Below are positions 57,451-64,000 of a stretch of 64,000 nt of DNA, piece by piece; the first letter of the stretch is position 1; each line of letters opens with the position of its first letter. The position numbers and the translations under genes were made by a program. Source of the stretch: an uncultured Candidatus Peribacteria bacterium (GTDB taxonomy: Bacteria > Patescibacteriota > Gracilibacteria > Absconditabacterales > Absconditicoccaceae); NCBI GenBank assembly GCA_964422855.1, contig CAYRCS010000001.1:4957-68956 (forward strand), given 5' to 3'. The notes beneath the pieces were generated by a model that was not told the DNA's origin, did not search any database, and was given only the letters and a program-made list of their open reading frames with translations.

Positions 57451-58062
57451 TTATTTTGCTTTCTTTGTAGTCTTAGCTTTTGCTGGAGCTGCCTTTGTAG
57501 TAGCTTTAGCTGCTTTTTTTGCAGGTTTTTCTTCACTAGCTTCTGCAACAACTTCTTCTGTTTTTTCTTCTTTTACTTTAGCTTCTTCTTCACCAACTAC
57601 TTCGACACGAACTTCAGCTTTGAGTTCCTTGTAGATAAATGGCACGATATATGAACCAGGTTCTGTAATCTTCTTCTTCATCTTGAAGAGGTGTGTTTCT
57701 GTATCGATGCTGTATTTGTCAGCTATTTCTTTCACGATATCTTCTTCATGTACCTTAGCATACAATGTACCTTCTTTGTTTACTTTTCTGGTGATAGTAA
57801 GACCATCATCAGCTTGGATCTTAGCAAAGAGATTTTGTAGACTAGAAGCCTTGTTTGATCTTTCTTTGTCAGCAGCTTCCATCTTTTGCTTGTAGTTGTT
57901 TAAGTTTACTGACGTAGCAAGGATAGCGATAGCCTTTGGCAACAAAACATTTCTAGCAAAGATTGGCTTTACCTTTACTTTCTCGTATTTTTCTCCTAGA
58001 TGCTTGTCTGCATGAAGCAATATAACTTCTATGTGAGCATTTTTTGAACTTCTCTTTGGCAT
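57451..58062 (-). CDS. rplI: 50S ribosomal protein L9 with an acidic then Lys/Ala-rich C-terminal tail
   Basis: IEVILLHADKHLGEKYEKVKVKPIFARNVLLPKAIA matches the L9 N-domain. The tail is EEKPAKKAAKATTKAAPAKAKTTKKAK. Confidence 0.9.
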   Translation of the reverse strand: MPKRSSKNAHIEVILLHADKHLGEKYEKVKVKPIFARNVLLPKAIAILATSVNLNNYKQKMEAADKERSNKASSLQNLFAKIQADDGLTITRKVNKEGTLYAKVHEEDIVKEIADKYSIDTETHLFKMKKKITEPGSYIVPFIYKELKAEVRVEVVGEEEAKVKEEKTEEVVAEASEEKPAKKAAKATTKAAPAKAKTTKKAK

Positions 58063-58150
58063 TGGGAAAACAATTTTTCACTAAATAAAAATAGCACGTG
58101 GGGTGTTTATAGTAATTTGAGGGCTTTTTGCAAATCGTTTTGTAAGATTG

Positions 58151-59341
58151 TTACCAGGCTCTCCTCCCATCCCTGAGTTCATAGGTACGGTAGACTCCTC
58201 GCAGCATTCCAAATACACCCAATATAGAAAAGATAGGTACATATATCCATGAAAATGGTATCACAAGAAGCACCTTTCGTAGCGTGCTTCGTCTCTTCAT
58301 ATATGGGAAAACATAGGGCAATGAGAATATGGTATATCCTATTTTTGTTGAAAATGCCGCCAATATGCTTTGTGCATACATACCTACGATCAAGACAATG
58401 CTTTTTCTCAAGGTCATGATATCTATAAGATTGACAAATAGTTGTCGAACCACTTCAAATGATAATAGTTGCTTGTAAAGTCCGTAGGACATTGTCAAAA
58501 ACAAGCCGTTTACCAAGAATGTAAATAGCACATGAATAGGATTCTTAATCCATACCCTCCAGTGTTTGCTAAAGCATTGGAAACCACCGCTATTTCGTCT
58601 CATTTTTTGCTTGATCCAAACCAAGAAAGTATCTGGTACGTGCGATCTGACTCCTATGTGGCTTTGTTCGACACGTCGACCGTGTTCGTTGAGCTTGAAT
58701 GCCATGTCCATATCCTCTACTATAGCATTGATGGAGTATCCACCAACTTCTCTACAAGCGGCAGTTTTGACTGCCATACATCATCATCGCAATGAGATGG
58801 TTGATCACACATTGTAAGCTCACTGGATGAGGGCGAGCATATGGTATTCTATGGCTAACATAGATGGAATAATTCACTTATTTGCTGGGATATAATAACA
58901 ACTTACCCCACCTACTTTCTCGTCAAATTGGAATCTGGCAAGCATATCTCATAATGCTCTAGGATTGATGATAGTATCTGCATCGATCACTACCATTATA
59001 TCGTGTTGGACATGCTCTAGGGCATGATTGATAGATGCAGCTTTACCTCTATTTTCTGGATTATTAATAACGGTAAAATGATATTTTTTTTGTAACAGCT
59101 CCATGTTTTCTGCAGAATTATCGGTGCTTTTGTCATTTACGACAATAAGTTCCAAAAGATCATGATCATACGAGTCATATATACCTTTGATAGTCTGTTC
59201 GATAGTATCTCCATCATTGTAACAAGGGATCACGAAACTCAATGGGACCTTGTCTGCAACAGGTCTTTTACGATAAAAATCATAGGCAAAAAAACCTATA
59301 ACGATAGCATAAAAAACGACCAAAATATATAGTATAACCAT
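58151..59341 (-). CDS. membrane-bound family 2 glycosyltransferase (processive-synthase-like)
   Basis: Track ORFs 58949..59341 and 58151..58777 share a frame. Motifs: VIPCYNDG, VVNDKSTD and VIDADT. The C-terminal half is polytopic. Confidence 0.8.
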
Positions 59342-59347
59342 ATGGAT

Positions 59348-59737
59348 TTACGCAATATAAGAAATGATGGTTTGTTGGATAGCTTGCATAGCTTCCGGAG
59401 TCTCGGTATGTGCACTAGCACCTTCCATATCCGAAGCTTGTTGGATAGGGATCAGGTGGTAGTGGAAGTGTGGCACATCTAATCCTATGATCAAGGTGCC
59501 TACTCTCTTGCAGTTGGTGGCTTTTTGGATGGCTGGAGCCAATTTTTTGGCTGCCTGGAAAACCGCACTATAATAGGGTTCTGGGACATCCATAAAATTA
59601 TCTATTTCTACCTTGGGAACTATCAATGTATGGCCTAAGGTATGTGGCCTAATATCCAAGAAAGCAAATATATGCTCATCTTCGTATATCTTGTAGCAAG
59701 GGATCTCTCAGGCTATAATTTTGGAAAATATGGTCAT
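59348..59737 (-). CDS. HIT family (histidine triad) nucleotide hydrolase
   Basis: [29 protein letters not shown]...GHTLIVPK...HFHYHLIP (HxHxHxx motif). Confidence 0.85.
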
Positions 59738-59817
59738 ATTGCCGTAGTGGGGAATAAATATTAGTTCGTATGTACTCAATCGCTCATTTTTTGCAAAGTG
59801 CTTTTGTGGGCAAATAT

Positions 59818-59845
59818 TTGACTTTTTATTTTTTGTATATATAAT
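59818..59845 (+). promoter_or_regulatory. putative sigma-70 promoter (TTGACT-16 nt-TATAAT)
   Basis: Hexamers at 59818..59823 and 59840..59845, about 25 nt upstream of the ATG at 59870. Confidence 0.5.
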
Positions 59846-59869
59846 TATGTCATTTATATATACTATGGG

Positions 59870-62122
59870 ATGAAAAAACGATTGGGGGCTGCCCTTCTTG
59901 CTTGATCTATGTTTATCGACTGATGTAAGGATGGAGATCAAAAACACACAATGAATACAAGTATACCCGATCTGCATGCAGTTCTCGATATGAAGATACA
60001 GGATTCTGATGTTGCTGAATTTGAAGCATATACTAAAGTCATGGATGACTACTACCTAGCCAATCACTATATGGATAAAAATAATCTATCTGAGTTTATT
60101 GTAGATTTTAAGGAAATATTGCCTCTGTATATCAAAGAATCTAGACTTGATCCATCCAAAACAAGCAAAAGCGGTGCCCGTGGTGTCGCTCAGATGAGAG
60201 ATATAGCTTTTGATGAAGTAAAAAACGTTATCTGAAAAAAAGAATATGATAAAATTCCAGCAAAATATAGAGATCTAACCGGCTCGATGATATATTATTC
60301 TCATATAAAAAATACTATTATCAAGAAAACTGCCGCTACGGATGATGCAACTATCATTCATTTTACCTATGCTGCGTACAATCTAGGGATTGGTAATTTC
60401 TTGGCATTATATGAAAAAGCTGACAAACCGACTACATGGGAAGGTCTTGTCGATGAAGTTACTGATATATTGGATATTAGTGATGCACATACCGATACAG
60501 TAGATCCATCATACAATGTTGCTAATTATACGGATTGGTTTGCCGATAAGCAATTTGATGAAAAAAAATTATATACTATTGACACAAAACACGAGGTCCC
60601 ATGATCTAAACTCAAAGAAACGGTGAGATATGTAGAAGTTATAGATGCTATGGCACAATCTCTAGCAGACAATATTTGAACTATATATGCTGTCGTGCAG
60701 GTAGATGATGACAAACCATTCAATCCCGTTCTTGCATATATGAAAAAACTACAAACTGAGTGACTAGTCAAAGAATGAAATCTCTGAGGTTTGGTCCATC
60801 ATATAATGGTAGATAATGGAATCACTGATCACTCACCACATATTAGTAGAGACACTATAGAAATAGATCAATCACTTGTGGGACCATATCTTATAGATGC
60901 AGAGATACAGAAATTTGCGTACAAAAAAGTTGATTATACACAATGACATTATTATCGATCTATCCTTCAAGAAGTCTTGCATACCGATACATTTGTCGAT
61001 CTACTCGATATTAAGCAAACACAAGTATATAAGTCTAGTATTGCAGACAATGATGGCGATGTGGAGGATGCCTGAGAGATAGCTTTTGGTGTTAGGCAAA
61101 CAATTGATGAAGCAATCATCTATTTGAACTATGCGAGAAGATCAAATTACGATCTCAAAAACAATGAGTATCTCTTACTCCCTAGTACAGAATTTGTTGA
61201 TCGATATAGCGAAAATCGCGAAAGACTATCTCCTATAGTGAGCAAACTTATCGCCGATGATACAGGCAAACCAGACAAAGACGTAGATATAGAGGACAAG
61301 GCTGTTAATATAGTCTCATGATCTATTTATGCAAATCCATCCTTTGATCAGTTTGCTAATAGAGTCTTACCTGCTCCTGAAAAAAGAGTTAAAACGCATC
61401 AGTTCTTCAACGAGACATTAAAGACTGCAAAAGAAACAAACGGAGTATTTACACCACAGTACATCATATTGCATCATACAGCATCTATGATAGACGAAGA
61501 TAAAAAGTGATATGCTAAAATAAATGCACATTTTTATGTAGATAGAAATGGAGAAATATATCAAAGTATGCCAAACAAATGAATTCATGGCAAGAAAAAA
61601 ATACACTTAGGTAGCCTCCCAAAACTCAATCATGCTGGAAAATGAAATGGAGCTTATGCAGCACTATGGGATGGTGATGCGAATATAACATACAAATCTA
61701 TCTGAATTGAAATTGAAAACTCAGAAAAAGATCAGAATGTTGCTATGACTTCTGCTCAATATACTGCACTTACTTGATTGTTATGAGAATTGTCATCTAC
61801 ATACAATATACCTGAAAAAAATATCATTACCCATTCAATGGTATGAGTCACTGGAGTGAAAATTAAAAATAAGATCAGCTATCGTAGATGAAGAAAGGAA
61901 GATCCTTGGGGATTTGATCATACCAAAGTTGGCATGAAAACAGACCCATTTGCACAGCTTGATAAAGATGTTGTAAGCGGTAAGGTCGCTTCAAATATAG
62001 TCTATATCAAGAGAGATCGACAGCGTCGCAACACATCTATCGGCAAAGATGCAAAAAATAAGATTATAGACAAAATGACCTATGGACTAAGGGTTTCTGA
62101 AAAGAAATCAAAAAAGAAATAA
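59870..62122 (+). CDS. putative lipoprotein with an N-terminal lytic transglycosylase (SLT) domain and a C-terminal N-acetylmuramoyl-L-alanine amidase (Amidase_2/PGRP) domain (750 aa)
   Basis: Track ORFs 59951.., 60287.., 61124.. and 61934..62122 share a frame. The frame is also open upstream to ATG at 59870, giving MKKRLGAALLAGSMFIDGC (signal peptide with a lipobox-like end). SLT motif: ESRLDPSKTSKSGARGVAQM. Amidase motifs: YIILHHTAS and IEIEN. Confidence 0.8.
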
Positions 62123-62127
62123 TACTA

Positions 62128-63639
62128 TTAATACTGTATAAACTTATCGTCCAATCATTCGTAGAAACTTTTGATTCTGAAAATATCTCCTTTGCGGACT
62201 CACGCGTCTTGGAGTATTTGGAGGGAGCCTCTCGATTCCATAGTTTTCCAAAAATGCATTTCTGCTTCATCGTTTCATCGCATCGTGGTGAAGACCATCT
62301 TGGTCATATCTGGATCAGCTACATATCGTACTTTACAAAATCTTGCATCGACTTCTTCGATAAATTTGTGTTCTACGAGATATGGAATAGTTCCTTCTGT
62401 GATGTCTTTGACAAAAGTCTGTACTTCTTCTGTAGCTGCGATGGGAATATAGGTAAATGGGATATCCGTCGCCAACTCCATCGTATGTGCAAGACTATGC
62501 ATCCATGCGTCCATACCATGGTGTGTGGCTGCTGAGATGACAAATGTCGTGTGCAACAATATATTGTCAGTAAGTTTTGCCTTACTTTGTTTCTTGGCGT
62601 ATTTTTTGATGATCTCTCGAAGAGCATGTTTGTATTCATTGACAATCTCGTCGTCATTGATGAGGTCGTACTTGTTTATAACGATATGCAATATCTTGGT
62701 CATAACGGGAGTTTTTACTTTCCCTTGATTGGTAGAAACAACGAGCTTGATAGTTTCGTTTACATCATCTGGAACGATATCTACTATAATTTCTTTGGTA
62801 TCATCACCGATATAGTCGGTAGCGCCAAAACGTTTTTTGATATATGAAATCAACTCATCCATCAATATGGTGATGTCTGACATTCCTGCTTCATATCTAC
62901 TTGCATCGACGACAAACGCCAATACTTTGGACTTCAATATATGTCTGAGGAATTCATTACCTAGTCATTTGCCTTCGGCTGCTCATTCGATAAGCCCTGG
63001 AACATCCATCATATTGAATCTCTTGCCGTGGACTTCGATCGAACCTATATGTGGAACCAATGTTGTAAACTGATAATCGGCAACCTTTGCTTTGGTCGCT
63101 GCCAATGTATTGATGATACTACTCTTGCCAACGCTTGGCGTACCAATCAATGCAACATCAGCCAATAATTGCAACTCAAGAGCAAGCTCTCTCATATGCC
63201 CTGGTTCGCCCAATGTGGCAAAATTTGGATACTGGTGCACAGAGTCTTTGAAGACCATATTACCATATCCCCCATCTCCTCCACTTGCAGCTACTCGTTC
63301 TTCGTTGTGTTGTGTAAAGTGATGTAAGATTGCTTTGGTAGCTTTGTCTTTTACGATCGTACCTACTGGCACAGTGACATACATATCCTCAGCGTTGGCG
63401 CCAAATTGATCTTTGGATCTCCCTGGTTCTCCTGGATTTGCTTTGTAATTCTTGATATATTTGAATGCGAGCAAGGTATTTTCATCTTGTGATGCACGCA
63501 AAATTATAGAACCACCGCGGCCTCCATTTCCACCTGATGGACCGCCAAAAGGAACACCAGACTCACGTCTAGCTGATACTACTCCATTACCTCATTTACC
63601 TGAAATGACTTCTATCGATACGTGATCCAAAAATTGCAT
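62128..63639 (-). CDS. obg: GTPase Obg/CgtA
   Basis: Track ORFs 62983..63501 and 62275..62937 share a frame. N-terminus MQFLDHVSIEVISGK-G-GNG...GGNGGRGG. G motifs: GTPSVGKSS, DVPGLIE-G-A and NKYD. An OCT-like C-terminus follows the TGA at 62275. Has an insertion of about 45 aa between G3 and G4. Confidence 0.9.
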
Positions 63640-63704
63640 ATACTCTATTAAGATAAACTTCAGATGTTATATGGAATCCTAGTTAAATTGCTACTTATTT
63701 ATCA

Positions 63705-64000
63705 GTCGCAAAGGGTTTTTCATAGTAGAATTCAATCCATTCTCTAGGAAGATCTTTTTCTACAGCATAGATGTTTACTCCTGGTTTGTTGACGAAGCCA
63801 TGGTCTGCTTTTGTAAACAATACTGCTATATCCAGTGCTTTGTTCTTATCGTGCATTTCGTAATATTGATCCATAATATCATTGAGGGTTCATCACTTAT
63901 CGATGAGATCGTCTACTATAAGTACATTCAAATCATCTATATCAAATTCTCAAGGACCATCAATAAATTCACTCTTTTTCTTTATGTGCGTCTTAGTATC
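63705..64000 (-). CDS. purine phosphoribosyltransferase family protein; its 5' end lies beyond the window (partial)
   Basis: The code-25 translation contains VLIVDDLIDK-G-G-TL, a PRPP-binding motif with two TGA Gly codons. TAA stop at 63705. Confidence 0.75.

Noticed and set aside
57436-57654. A Cys/Phe-rich 72-aa plus-strand ORF that looks like a possible bacteriocin-like peptide
   Set aside because: It is the reverse complement of the Lys/Ala/Glu-rich tail of rplI and begins inside the bidirectional terminator. It is a compositional artefact.
62128-63639. The Obg insertion of about 45 aa between G3 and G4 as a novel domain
   Set aside because: All GTPase motifs and the OCT-like C-terminus are intact. 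Lineage-specific loop insertions in Obg are plausible and I cannot assess novelty without alignments, so I note it only in the feature evidence.
1-64000. Massive pseudogenisation or frameshifting as the explanation for the fragmented ORF track
   Set aside because: Adjacent fragments are almost always in the same frame and separated by a single TGA. No frame changes are needed to rebuild full-length glyQS, hisS, lysS, glmS, cysS, recJ, obg and others. The pattern is codon reassignment, not decay.
1-64000. TGA = Trp (code 4, Mycoplasma-like) instead of TGA = Gly
   Set aside because: The TGA positions I could align fall on conserved Gly, not Trp: MCGIF-G-Y in GlmS, HQPL-G-G in ClpP, SFA-G-Q in PPDK_N, GG-x-x-SH swivel loops and the Rossmann and PRPP Gly loops. 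Conserved Trp positions (for example WDYGP in GlyRS and FWM in DUF192) use TGG.
1-64000. CRISPR arrays, rRNA or tRNA genes, transposases, integrases or prophage blocks
   Set aside because: I saw no regularly spaced direct repeats, no rRNA or tRNA hallmark sequences by eye, and no ORF with recombinase or transposase motifs, including at the flanks of the 44150..46350 island. The tRNA and ncRNA absence is by eye only and should be confirmed with tRNAscan-SE and Infernal.

Overview
This 64 kb AT-rich segment (about 35-37% GC by hand counts) only reads as a bacterial chromosome under genetic code 25, where TGA encodes Gly. That code is used by the Gracilibacteria and Absconditabacteria/SR1 (CPR) lineages. 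The supplied standard-code ORF track is therefore badly fragmented. Almost every break is an in-frame TGA that aligns with a conserved glycine. Examples are GlyRS FPWGR-TGA-EL, sigma-70 EGNL-TGA-L, PPDK_N SFA-TGA-Q, GlmS MCGIF-TGA-Y, ClpP HQPL-TGA-G and UvrB PA-TGA-DQP. Re-stitching through TGA gives about 54 densely packed CDS. I recognised no rRNA, tRNA, CRISPR array, transposase or integrase.

Housekeeping genes: glyQS, a sigma-70 factor, smpB, pyrD, pyrC, hisS, lysS, clpP, cdd, recJ, glmS, cysS, rlmH, hemW, uvrB (truncated), rplI, obg and a phosphoribosyltransferase.

Envelope and surface genes: two GT2 glycosyltransferases, an M23 peptidase, an SLT-amidase lipoprotein, a type IV pilin-like protein, a CAP-domain protein, a SIMPL protein and a 1061-aa LRR protein with an SLH-like C-terminus.

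Most unusual items:
1. A 1583-codon ORF (20752..25503) carries one PPDK_N ATP-grasp domain followed by three units, each a divergent central domain plus a PEP-utilizer phosphohistidine swivel domain. A fourth stand-alone unit follows it (25503..26945).
2. A two-subunit ATP-citrate lyase operon has an SDR gene inserted between the subunits (33485..37131).
3. A roughly 2.2 kb island of higher GC (about 44150..46350) has two genes with no in-frame TGA at all, which suggests recent transfer from a standard-code donor.
4. LysRS is fused to a C-terminal HD-domain hydrolase.
5. The sigma-70 factor carries a roughly 215-aa C-terminal extension.
6. uvrB ends inside the second helicase lobe.

All homology calls rest on motif recognition by eye; no database search was run.
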